The notes beneath the pieces are model-generated. The model searched no databases and was not told the origin of the DNA. It was given only the letters and a program-made list of their open reading frames with translations. A program made the translations under genes and the position numbers. Below, piece after piece: positions 46,307 through 55,409 of a stretch of DNA of 62,313 nucleotides (positions are counted from its first letter, which is position 1; the number at the start of each line of letters is the position of its first letter). Origin of the DNA: Patescibacteria group bacterium (GTDB taxonomy: Bacteria > Patescibacteriota > Minisyncoccia > JAHIHE01); contig JAHILZ010000061.1 of assembly GCA_018896765.1 (NCBI GenBank), positions 1-62,313 of the forward strand, in the 5' to 3' direction.

Positions 46307-46745
46307 AAAACATTAATTTAGTATAACCTTTTTGCAAATATGTTTTCATCGCTCTGTCAAAAGCCAACTCAGGATTTTCAGTTTCTTCTATCCTTTCATA
46401 TCCTACTTTTGCCAGCCACAATTTAAACGGCTCGGCATTGGGAGACGAAATTGATTGAATAAGACGAAATATCGTTTCAGTATCCGCCGTATCAATAATG
46501 CGCATTTTGCCATCCGGAGCAATCATTTTCAACCCGTTACATTTTGTAACGGTTTCGTTTGAACCCTCGTCAATAAGTCTTTTTTTCAATACGCGCCAAT
46601 ATACTTGCGGATTATCGCTATTTGTAAGTGCGGCGATTATATCTACAATCGCAAAATACCACAACTCTTTTTCATCATCCCAATGGCGGCGAATTTGTTT
46701 TTCCCCGAAAATCGCTATGGCTTTATTTTTCAATTGATTTTCCAT
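46251..46745 (-). CDS. Bro-N domain (phage antirepressor-like) DNA-binding protein
   Basis: 164 aa. FGEKQIRRHWDDEKELWYFAIVDIIAALT...LKMIAPDGKMRIIDTADTETIFRLIQSISSPNAEPFKLWLAKVGYERIEE is typical of Bro-N family proteins. Confidence 0.7.
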   Translation of the reverse strand: MENQLKNKAIAIFGEKQIRRHWDDEKELWYFAIVDIIAALTNSDNPQVYWRVLKKRLIDEGSNETVTKCNGLKMIAPDGKMRIIDTADTETIFRLIQSISSPNAEPFKLWLAKVGYERIEETENPELAFDRAMKTYLQKGYTKLMFSVISSPVLGARNPFVVFN

Positions 46746-46751
46746 AAAATT

Positions 46752-46803
46752 AAAAATATCTTGGTCTCAATCCGCTCATCCGACACAAGGCTGATTTTAG
46801 TTT
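46752..46803 (-). pseudogene. Remnant of an ORF6N gene 5' end
   Basis: About 50 bp matching 48832-48883 (codons 4-20 of the intact ORF6N gene: KISLVSDERIETKIF). It has no start codon and stops precede it. It lies directly upstream of the Bro-N ATG. Confidence 0.6.
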
Positions 46804-46831
46804 ATTAAATATAATAGTGAAATTGTAATTT

Positions 46832-48187
46832 TTATTTTATATAAAATTCCTCGCTATGCTTATTATCAATAATAAATTGATATTTACCCGACTCGAAATT
46901 ATTCGGAACATCAAAATCATAATAACCTTTTATTGGTGAAACCGTATTGGTGTTTTCTTCCCATACTAAATTCAATGAAACTACGGGTAATTTGTATAAT
47001 TTTATGCTCACAAAATCGTTTTTACAACCAAACGACTCCCATGTAATTTTATAACTTTTATTTTTTTCCCATTTAATATCTTTTACGGGAGAAATAATAT
47101 TTATTTCTTTATTATCCGCACATTCCGAAAAATTTAAAGATTTTGACAATAAGTCATACTCCTGAATCGCTTTATATACTTTCAGTTGTTTATTTTTATC
47201 TTTCATGGCGTCAATGATTATTTCGTCAAAACCAATATCTTGATTTATATGAAGGGCCATTTCTTTTTCTGCCCAATCTAGAAGCTCTCCGGAAAATAAA
47301 GAAAAGTTCGTCAAAATAATTTTATTATTTTTGAGGAAAATAGTTTTATAATAATAACGAGCGGCGCTTACATCAGAACCCATATATCCAATTATTCTTA
47401 TACCTTGCACATTAATTTGAGAGTTGTAAATAAGATCTACATAAAATCTGCTATCATTTCCCCACATGCGGCCGGGTTTAAATAAAGTAAAATCAGATTT
47501 AATTTCTTCCTCTAGAGTTTTATCTAATTTTTCCGCCTTACTCACTTTTTCTAATATTTGAAATTGTTTTTGTAATAACTCGGGATTGTATATGTATGGC
47601 TCGTATGGTCTGCCACCAGTAATACTGCACTCAAAGCCTCGTTTTTTAAGATCGTCCCATATTTTCATATTATCATATACAAATGATTTATCGTAGCTCA
47701 CCGTTTCAGTTTTGTATGGTTGGCAATTAAAAGAAGTAAGGGATGGAGAGCATTCAAAATATGAATCTCCGCATTCAAAAAATGGTTTGGGTTTAATATA
47801 AATAAATTCCGAATCAACCTTTGGTGTTACCGTAATAAAACCTTCAAAATTATCACTATTTTGTTTTGATATAGTAATTTCATCGTGTATTCGTTCTCCC
47901 GTTCTTCTTATTTTAGGAATTGACCATTCCGAAGGATATTTAAATTCTATATCCAATTCTTTACTTGAATATGTTTGCCAATCTGCAGTTTCATCCGAAT
48001 TTGGTGTCGGCGTAACGCTCGGCGTTAATTCTGGAGTTATCACAACAACTGGAGCGACAACATTTGATATTTCGCGATATTTAATTACCGCAATTGTTGA
48101 CGCCACGACAACAACCGCCGCGATAATTGCCATTCCAGCGAAGGCCGAGATTTGAACTGCGCCTTTTTGGAAACTATTTTTTGACAT
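46832..48187 (-). CDS. Membrane-anchored extracellular protein, paralogous N-terminus
   Basis: 451 aa. The first about 40 aa, and about 120 bp of DNA, closely match 45097..45855. The remainder is unrelated and unassigned. Confidence 0.4.
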   Translation of the reverse strand: MSKNSFQKGAVQISAFAGMAIIAAVVVVASTIAVIKYREISNVVAPVVVITPELTPSVTPTPNSDETADWQTYSSKELDIEFKYPSEWSIPKIRRTGERIHDEITISKQNSDNFEGFITVTPKVDSEFIYIKPKPFFECGDSYFECSPSLTSFNCQPYKTETVSYDKSFVYDNMKIWDDLKKRGFECSITGGRPYEPYIYNPELLQKQFQILEKVSKAEKLDKTLEEEIKSDFTLFKPGRMWGNDSRFYVDLIYNSQINVQGIRIIGYMGSDVSAARYYYKTIFLKNNKIILTNFSLFSGELLDWAEKEMALHINQDIGFDEIIIDAMKDKNKQLKVYKAIQEYDLLSKSLNFSECADNKEINIISPVKDIKWEKNKSYKITWESFGCKNDFVSIKLYKLPVVSLNLVWEENTNTVSPIKGYYDFDVPNNFESGKYQFIIDNKHSEEFYIK

Positions 48188-48233
48188 AAAATAAATTGTT
48201 TAGTTGATTATTATAAACTGCAAATATAATACT

Positions 48234-48308
48234 TTGTCATTTCGACCGTAGGGAGAAATCTGCCATTTTACTTGTTTAAGGAATTCCTCGCTTCGCTCGG
48301 AATGACAA
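48234..48308. repeat. Back-to-back inverted GTCATT-hairpin units without cargo (family C)
   Basis: TTGTCATTTCGACCGTAGGGAGAAATCT ... GGAATTCCTCGCTTCGCTCGGAATGACAA, separated by about 18 nt. Confidence 0.5.
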
Positions 48309-48350
48309 AAAAGAGCATTTCGTAATTTAAGATTTTTTATTTATGATTAT

Positions 48351-48893
48351 TTACCTTAAAAATCCGATTTTGTTGGGAATTTTTTTATCTTGATCTTTTT
48401 TATCTTCCGAAAAACTTTTAAGCGTTTCAAAAATCGCTTTAAAATATTTATTATATTTTTTCTCCAGCTCCTCTATTTTTATCCTTAAATCTTTATTGCC
48501 GGCAATCATTTCTCTCAACTTAATGAATGTTTTGATAATTTGGATATTTACTTGTATAGCCTTTTTGCTGTTTAAAACACTGGAAAGCATAGCTACTCCC
48601 GGTTCAGTAAAAACCAAAGGCACCTTTCGTCTTCCGCCCCAACTTGATATCACAGTTTGTGATGTCAAGACTTGTGACTGCCAAATTTCAGTCTCTTTTT
48701 TATTTAACTGAAACATAAATTCTTCCGGGAAACGCTCAATATTTCTTTTAACCGCTTGATTAAGCGCTCTTGTTTCCACTCCATAAAGCTCTGCCAAGTC
48801 TCTATCAAACATAACTTTCTTGCCTCTGATAAAAAATATTTTAGTTTCAATCCGCTCGTCCGGCACAAGGCTGATTTTAATTTCCTTAAGCAT
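48351..48893 (-). CDS. ORF6N-domain (KilA-N-like) DNA-binding protein
   Basis: 180 aa. IRGKKVMFDRDLAELYGVETRALNQAVKRNIERFPEEFMFQL matches the ORF6N signature. It starts 36 nt after the rpoB stop. Confidence 0.75.
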   Translation of the reverse strand: MLKEIKISLVPDERIETKIFFIRGKKVMFDRDLAELYGVETRALNQAVKRNIERFPEEFMFQLNKKETEIWQSQVLTSQTVISSWGGRRKVPLVFTEPGVAMLSSVLNSKKAIQVNIQIIKTFIKLREMIAGNKDLRIKIEELEKKYNKYFKAIFETLKSFSEDKKDQDKKIPNKIGFLR

Positions 48894-48928
48894 AATTATT
48901 GATAAATCACACGAATAATAATTTTTCT

Positions 48929-51900
48929 CTAAAAATTCCTCTTATCATGTTCCTCTTCCCCTTCCAGCTCAATATTCAATCCCAAAGCTTTAAGCTCATT
49001 TACCAGCACGAAGAAAGAAGCCGGAATATATGGGCTTTTTATCGGCTCTCCCTTGATTATCGATTCATAAGACTTAGATCTTCCGGCAACATCATCGGAC
49101 TTGATCGTCAAAACTTCCTGAAGCGAATGCGCGGCGCCATAACCTTCCAGCGCCCAAACTTCCATTTCTCCGAATCTCTGTCCGCCGAATTGAGCCTTGC
49201 CTCCGAGCGGCTGCTGGGTAATCAGCGAGTACGGCCCGATCGAGCGGGTATGAATCTTGTCTTCCACCAAATGATGAAGTTTCAGCATATAAATAATTCC
49301 TACGGTTGATCTTTCGTTGAATTTTTCCCCTGTCCGGCCATCATAAAGCTGAACCTTGCCGTCTTGGGGCAATCCCGCTTTTACAAGCTCCACTTTAATT
49401 TCTTCCTCCGAAATGCCGTTCAACGCCGGGCAAGCCACCTTGTAGCCCAATTTTACCGCCGCCCATCCCAAGTGTGTTTCCAAAATCTGGCCGATGTTCA
49501 TACGGCTTGCAACGCCGAGAGGATTTAAAATTATATCAACCGGAGTTCCATCCGCCAAATGCGGCATTTCTTCCTCCGGCAAGATTTTTGAAATTACTCC
49601 TTTGTTTCCGTGGCGGCCGGCTAATTTATCGCCAATCGATATTTTTCGAAGCTGCGCGATGCTTACTTGAATCATTTTTATCACTCCGGCTGAAAGCTTA
49701 TCGCCCTGCTCTCTGGAAAATATCTTAATACCGACTACTTTTCCGCGCTCGCCGTGCTGAAGATAAAGCGAAGTATCTTTCACATCGCGCGCTTTCTCGC
49801 CGAAAATCGATCTCAATAATCGCTCTTCCGCAGTCAATTCGCTCTCGCCTTTGGGCGTAATTTTCCCCACCAAAATATCGCCGGATTTTACTTCGGCGCC
49901 GATTCGAATAATTCCTTCCTCGTCCAAATCTTTTAATTTTTCCTCGCCGACATTGGGAATATCCCGGGTTATAATTTCCGGACCCAGTTTGGTATCGCGA
50001 ACTTCAATAGAAAAATCTTCGATGTGAATGGAGCTGAAAACATCTCTTTTCACCAATTTCTGCGAAAGAATAATCGCATCTTCATAGTTCGCTCCGCCCC
50101 AGCTCATAAAAGAAACCAATAAATTTTGTCCGAGAGCGATTTCCCCGTCTTCGGTCCCCGCTCCGTCAGCCAGAAGTCCGCCCGCCGGCACAATTTGATT
50201 TTTTTCCACCCGCACTGTTTGATTAATGCTGGTGGCGGCATTAGACCTGACAAATTTTTTAAATCGATAGCTTTTCTTGGTTTTATTTTTTATGCTTTCC
50301 ACGACCGCGTGGTTCGCGTCTACTTCGATAACTTTTCCTTCTTCGGCAGACAGCGTAACATAGCCGGAATCGGTTGCTACTTTGGCTTCAACTCCGGTTC
50401 CAATAACAGGCGCTTCCGGCCTGATACAAGCCACTGCCTGGCGCTGCATATTCGAACCCATCAAAGCCCTCTGCGCATCATTGTGTTCAAGAAAAGGAAT
50501 AAGAGCGGTGGCAATACTGATAGCTTGATGATGAGCGATATCCATATAATCAACTTTGCTCGCTTCAATAATTCCCGGATTTTGTTTTATGCGGGCCTCC
50601 ACTTTTTCCTCGATAAATCTTCCTTCTTTATCCAACAGCACTCCTGCATGAGCGATATTTACCAAATCTTCGGCAACCGCATCCAGATGAACGACTTGAT
50701 TTGTTACTTTGCCGTTTACCACTTTTTTATAAGGTGTTTCGATGAAACCATAATTATTAACTATGGCATAGCTGGCCAAATGCCCAACCAAGCCGATGTT
50801 CGGACCTTCCGGAGTTTCGATCGGACAAATTCTCCCGTAATGAGAAGAGTGCACATCGCGAACTTCGAAACCGGCTCTCTCTCTCGTCAAACCGCCGGGT
50901 CCCATAGCCGAAAGCCGCCTCTTGTGTTCAAGCTCGGCCAAAGGATTAACCTGATCCATAAACTGGGAAAGCTGGGAAGAAGCAAAAAATTCCTTGATTA
51001 CCGCGACCAGCGGCCGACTGTTTACCAAATGCACCGGAGAAACCAAGGAAGAATCAACCGTGCTCATGCGATCTTTGATATTTCGCTCCATTCGGGTCAG
51101 CCCCAAGCGAAAACGTTCTTGAATCAATTCTCCAACGCCCCTTACTCTTCTGTTTCCCAAATGATCGATATCATCCGCGAGAGCGTTCGCGTTATTGCTT
51201 AATGCGATAATTTCTCTGACTGTTTTTATTAAATCGCTAACTAAAAAAACTCTATGTTCCGGATCATCGGCGAGATTGATGCCTAATCGCTGATTGGCCT
51301 TGTATCGCCCGACTACGCCCAAGTCATAATGCGCAAAATTGAAAAACATATTTTCCACCAATTGCCGCGCGTTCTCGATTGTCGCCAAATCTCCAGGCCT
51401 GATTCTCCGATAAACTTCGATAAAACCATCCTCGCTGCTTTTAGTGGTATCGTGCTTGAGAGTTTCTTCGATAAACTTAATATTTCCCGTATCGATATCT
51501 TTGAATAAATTCAAAATTTTCTCGTTGGTGCTGTAGCCGAACGCGCGGATCAAAGAAGTCGCGGCGATTTTTCTTTTGCGATCAATGCGGACATAGATAG
51601 ATCCGCTTGAATCTGTGTCAATTTCAAGCCATGCTCCGCGATTGGGAATAACTTTCGCGCCAAAAAATCTTCGCTCGGCTTTTTCCGCGGAAAGATGGAA
51701 AAATATCCCCGGAGACTTGATCAGCTGGCTGACGACTACTCTTTCTACGCCATTTATGACAAAATTGCCCCTGTCGGTCATTAAAGGAAATTCTCCAAAA
51801 TAGCACTCCTGCTCTTTTACTCCATGAGTTTTTTTATTGGTTAATCTCGCTTTAACCCGCAAAGGGGCTTCATAAGATACGTTTTTTTCAATCGAGGTTT

Positions 51901-52150
51901 TTTCGTCGTATTTGGCTTCGTCCAGATAATAATCGACAAACTCCAGCTCCAATTCCTTGTTGTAGCTTTTGACCGAACCGACTTCTTTAAACAATTCGCC
52001 TAGTCCTTTTTCGATAAACCAGCGATAGGAGTTATGTTGAATTTCTATTAAATTATGCAAGGGCGTTTCTTTCGCTTTTTTGAAAAAATTCCGCGGCTTA
52101 GCTGAAACGGTTGCGAGAACTTCTCCTTTGGTCTTCTTTGAAACGATCAT
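48929..52150 (-). CDS. rpoB: DNA-directed RNA polymerase subunit beta
   Basis: 1073 aa with full-length RpoB similarity (…GRHGNKGVISKI…, …MNIGQILETHLGWAA…). Confidence 0.97.
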   Translation of the reverse strand: MIVSKKTKGEVLATVSAKPRNFFKKAKETPLHNLIEIQHNSYRWFIEKGLGELFKEVGSVKSYNKELELEFVDYYLDEAKYDEKTSIEKNVSYEAPLRVKARLTNKKTHGVKEQECYFGEFPLMTDRGNFVINGVERVVVSQLIKSPGIFFHLSAEKAERRFFGAKVIPNRGAWLEIDTDSSGSIYVRIDRKRKIAATSLIRAFGYSTNEKILNLFKDIDTGNIKFIEETLKHDTTKSSEDGFIEVYRRIRPGDLATIENARQLVENMFFNFAHYDLGVVGRYKANQRLGINLADDPEHRVFLVSDLIKTVREIIALSNNANALADDIDHLGNRRVRGVGELIQERFRLGLTRMERNIKDRMSTVDSSLVSPVHLVNSRPLVAVIKEFFASSQLSQFMDQVNPLAELEHKRRLSAMGPGGLTRERAGFEVRDVHSSHYGRICPIETPEGPNIGLVGHLASYAIVNNYGFIETPYKKVVNGKVTNQVVHLDAVAEDLVNIAHAGVLLDKEGRFIEEKVEARIKQNPGIIEASKVDYMDIAHHQAISIATALIPFLEHNDAQRALMGSNMQRQAVACIRPEAPVIGTGVEAKVATDSGYVTLSAEEGKVIEVDANHAVVESIKNKTKKSYRFKKFVRSNAATSINQTVRVEKNQIVPAGGLLADGAGTEDGEIALGQNLLVSFMSWGGANYEDAIILSQKLVKRDVFSSIHIEDFSIEVRDTKLGPEIITRDIPNVGEEKLKDLDEEGIIRIGAEVKSGDILVGKITPKGESELTAEERLLRSIFGEKARDVKDTSLYLQHGERGKVVGIKIFSREQGDKLSAGVIKMIQVSIAQLRKISIGDKLAGRHGNKGVISKILPEEEMPHLADGTPVDIILNPLGVASRMNIGQILETHLGWAAVKLGYKVACPALNGISEEEIKVELVKAGLPQDGKVQLYDGRTGEKFNERSTVGIIYMLKLHHLVEDKIHTRSIGPYSLITQQPLGGKAQFGGQRFGEMEVWALEGYGAAHSLQEVLTIKSDDVAGRSKSYESIIKGEPIKSPYIPASFFVLVNELKALGLNIELEGEEEHDKRNF

Positions 52151-52443
52151 AAAAATTGCTCAGTTTCATTTTCACTTAAATTTAAAAAGTAAATTTCAGA
52201 CTCTTTAAAATTCGTGAATTATCCCAATTTCAAAACAAAAAAGAATTCTCCGCTTTTTTCTGAAAACAAAAAAACAGCGAAGATGAGTTTCAAAATATGC
52301 TTGGGGCTAAGGTGAAACTTGTTTAATAAAAAGTATTATAAAAAAATGCTATTTTCCCGCCAAAAATTAAAATAGACCAAAAAAACACTGCGGTCTTTTG
52401 GTAACCTTAATTAATTTATTTAATTTGTTTTGCTCATAGCGTA

Positions 52444-52719
52444 TTAATTTTTCCCGCGCATCCAGTTAAAAACGCTAACAACCGAATTTCCTATTAAATT
52501 GCTGACGAAACTGCTTGATTCGGAGATAAAATAACCCCGAATTTTCTCTTGTTTTTTAAGTTTAACATATCCTAGATTTTTGTCAAGACCCTTAATGATT
52601 TTGTCCGACAGATCTTTTTGATAAGAATCTTTGACCGTATTCAAAATTTCCCTGCCTCTTTGAGCGGAGACTTCCAAAGTTTTCATATCTTTATCGAGTT
52701 TTACCAAAAGTTTTAACAT
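52444..52719 (-). CDS. Hypothetical protein (5' end repeated at 54821 and 56821)
   Basis: 91-aa ORF. Its first about 30 codons recur as truncated copies elsewhere in the window. Confidence 0.3.
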   Translation of the reverse strand: MLKLLVKLDKDMKTLEVSAQRGREILNTVKDSYQKDLSDKIIKGLDKNLGYVKLKKQEKIRGYFISESSSFVSNLIGNSVVSVFNWMRGKN

Positions 52720-52760
52720 AAATAAAAATAATTTACTGCCAATTAATCGCCTTACAATGA

Positions 52761-54068
52761 CTATTCATTATCAATTTCTTTATCCAGCATATATTCTTTT
52801 TGCTCTTTTAGGGAATATTTTATCGTATCAGTTATTTCATCGTCGTAAAATTCATGATAAAATATTATTGAATCGGTCTCTAAATCATATCGACAAGACG
52901 CTCCGGCAGTCCTAAGCGCACTAAGCGCATCATACACGACTTCAAAGCTCGGAACAGCATAAATGCTTCCCAGCGAATCACTTCCCATACCACCCCAAGA
53001 GCAAACATAAAAATATTTTTCATCAGGCGTAAAACCAACATTCGCTTCATCTGGAAATGCCATAAACGACAAAATATCGTTTTTATTCTTTGTGTCATAG
53101 ATATAACTTAAAGATCCTTCGTGCACACCTGCCCAATACATAAGATAATTACCACTTGGTGAAAAACTTGGACTGTGGAAACGAACAGGCCCCCAATCAT
53201 CATAATCATCATTTAAATCACCATATTCCATACGCCCCTTATTAATAATTGTTTCTTTTCCCTCTTCAGATAAAACTGCATAATTATAATTTGCATCTTC
53301 TTTTACATAAGCTGACATACTACCAAATATAGCCGGTTCGGGAAGAATACTAAATGATGCAAGAATTAAGGGAATCGCGCAATATTCATCTTCGTATAAG
53401 TCTTGTGCCTCGAAATCTGAACTATAAGAACCTATAAAAAAATTATTCTCTGTTTCGAAATAAACATCAGATGTAATGGCTCCCGCTTGTGCCCCCGAAT
53501 TACCTCCTGTTCCCGTATAAACAAGCGCAAAAGGAATCTCTCTTGAAGGAATAATCATTTTTTGAACAGAATACCTAATTATATAATCTTCGTATTCGGA
53601 ATTTTTTTCAGCGGCAAGAGCGTTAAGATATTTTTTTAAACCAGAAAAATCAGAGGGTTTATTTTTTACAGTTAAAATTAACTCTACATGGTCTGAGGAA
53701 ATCTTAACAGAAGAAATGTCTTCTGGATTTTCTAATGTACTAACGGTCTCGAAATCCCAACTGCATGGGTACTGTAGTCCAAAACCATATTCTTTATTTT
53801 TATAGGTCTTCCAGTCACTAAAATCAACCGCCGGGCACGGGGTAATCCGCGTCGGTTTTGCAATTGGTGTTACTTCCGGAGTTGATACTATTGTCGGTGT
53901 TTCTATTGCGACAATCGGCGTTTCATTTAGAATTTCTGAGGCTTTTTTATTACCCGCCAAATACCCCGCCACGCACATTACAATCACGAATGAAATTGGT
54001 GCGGTTGCGGATAAAATTAATTGTGCTGTAGCTAAATTTGGCGATTTAGGTTTTTGTTCCGGTGTCAT
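52761..54068 (-). CDS. Membrane-anchored extracellular protein (PD40-like segment)
   Basis: 435 aa. N-terminal anchor, Pro/Thr linker, then a beta-rich domain (FSPSGNYLMYWAG...). Confidence 0.4.
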   Translation of the reverse strand: MTPEQKPKSPNLATAQLILSATAPISFVIVMCVAGYLAGNKKASEILNETPIVAIETPTIVSTPEVTPIAKPTRITPCPAVDFSDWKTYKNKEYGFGLQYPCSWDFETVSTLENPEDISSVKISSDHVELILTVKNKPSDFSGLKKYLNALAAEKNSEYEDYIIRYSVQKMIIPSREIPFALVYTGTGGNSGAQAGAITSDVYFETENNFFIGSYSSDFEAQDLYEDEYCAIPLILASFSILPEPAIFGSMSAYVKEDANYNYAVLSEEGKETIINKGRMEYGDLNDDYDDWGPVRFHSPSFSPSGNYLMYWAGVHEGSLSYIYDTKNKNDILSFMAFPDEANVGFTPDEKYFYVCSWGGMGSDSLGSIYAVPSFEVVYDALSALRTAGASCRYDLETDSIIFYHEFYDDEITDTIKYSLKEQKEYMLDKEIDNE

Positions 54069-54186
54069 AAAATTTTATTTCACTATGATAATTCATATTA
54101 CCATAGTGATGAGTTAAAAATTATAAAAATAAAGTTAAAATAATTTTCAATTTGTCTGTCAGTAAATTCTTGTTTTTTGAACATAC

Positions 54187-54732
54187 TTATAAAATTTTAA
54201 TTACCTTACCGCTAAAAATATTCGCTATGAATTCGTCTTTATCTTTTTTTCTTTTGGCAAAATCCTTTTCGGTCAAATCAACAACATTTATTTCACGCTT
54301 AATTTTTTCTTGTATCGGCAATAACGCTTTTGTCGCTTCCATAACAGCATGATCGCCGATTATCAAAACATCAATATCGCTTTCCGCCTCAAAGTCTCCG
54401 TTAGCATATGAACCGAAAATATAAGCTTCCTTTATTCCTTTTATTTTTTTTAAACCATTGGCGATCAAATATCCCAAACCATATTTTAATTCAAAAGCCT
54501 TTTTTATTTCTTTCAATAGTGGATACTTTTTATTAATAAAATAATATCTTTGCTCTCCTAAAAATTCAGAATTTAAAATTCCTTCCTTTTCCAATTCTTG
54601 CAATTTACGGCTTAAATTTCCCGGGTCGGCTTCCAATATGCGAGCCAATTCATTGATATAATTTTTCTTGCTCGGGTTTATAAAAAAATATCTTAATATT
54701 TTAGCGGCAATCTCTGATTTTAAATTAAACAT
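54187..54732 (-). CDS. wHTH plus nucleotidyltransferase (MNT-like) protein
   Basis: About 181 aa from the ATG at 54732. LARILEADPGNLSRKLQELEKEGIL (wHTH), then AYIFGSYANGDFEAESDIDVLII (GS...DxD NTase motif). Confidence 0.6.
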   Translation of the reverse strand: MFNLKSEIAAKILRYFFINPSKKNYINELARILEADPGNLSRKLQELEKEGILNSEFLGEQRYYFINKKYPLLKEIKKAFELKYGLGYLIANGLKKIKGIKEAYIFGSYANGDFEAESDIDVLIIGDHAVMEATKALLPIQEKIKREINVVDLTEKDFAKRKKDKDEFIANIFSGKVIKIL

Positions 54733-54873
54733 ATTATTATAGTTATTGTTAATATTTACAATAACTATTGTAGCATTATACAATGGTTTAATCAAGAACA
54801 AAAAAACCGTTAATGTAAAACTTCGATAGTTTTCATATCTTTGTCGATTTTTACCAAAAGTTTTAACATAAAT

Positions 54874-55386
54874 TTATTTAAAATTATTTTTGATTTTATA
54901 TTCTTCAACTTCTAAATTTGACTTAAATAGAAAATCCGCGTCCAATACATTGCCTTTTATTACATCTGGTAACCAGTAATACGCATCAGACCACATTAAA
55001 TCAAACGGAATTTCACTAAAGTTAAACCATTGTGGTAATATTTCGTCGGATTCTTTTATTTCACCAGACCAGTCATTAGATACAAAAACACAAACCTGTT
55101 GATTCCATTTTTCGGGTTTGTCGGCGTATGGAAAATAAAAGTTCAAGGTTGCTATTCTGACGAAATTATTCGGTGTCACATTAATTTCTTCGATTGTTTC
55201 TCGGATAATCGCATTTTCAAGTGTTTCCAATTCTTCCACTTTTCCGCCTGCGCCAGCGAGCCATTTACCTTCTCCAAAACCCCGTTTCTTTTTAGCTAAT
55301 AAAATTTTGCCGTTCTTAATTAAGAGACATAAGGTTCGTTGTTTAAGCGACAATATTAATGATTGTTTGTATTGTTGAATAGTCAT
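54874..55386 (-). CDS. NUDIX hydrolase (MutT-like)
   Basis: 170 aa. Nudix box GGKVEELETLENAIIRETIEEINV. Confidence 0.8.
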   Translation of the reverse strand: MTIQQYKQSLILSLKQRTLCLLIKNGKILLAKKKRGFGEGKWLAGAGGKVEELETLENAIIRETIEEINVTPNNFVRIATLNFYFPYADKPEKWNQQVCVFVSNDWSGEIKESDEILPQWFNFSEIPFDLMWSDAYYWLPDVIKGNVLDADFLFKSNLEVEEYKIKNNFK

Positions 55387-55409
55387 ATACGAAAAAACTA
55401 ATTATAAAA

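Noticed and set aside
50126-51202. 358-aa ORF on the + strand, antisense to rpoB
   Set aside because: It lies entirely inside the strongly supported rpoB CDS and has low-complexity, Arg/Ser/Phe-rich composition typical of shadow frames. It has no start context or independent signals.
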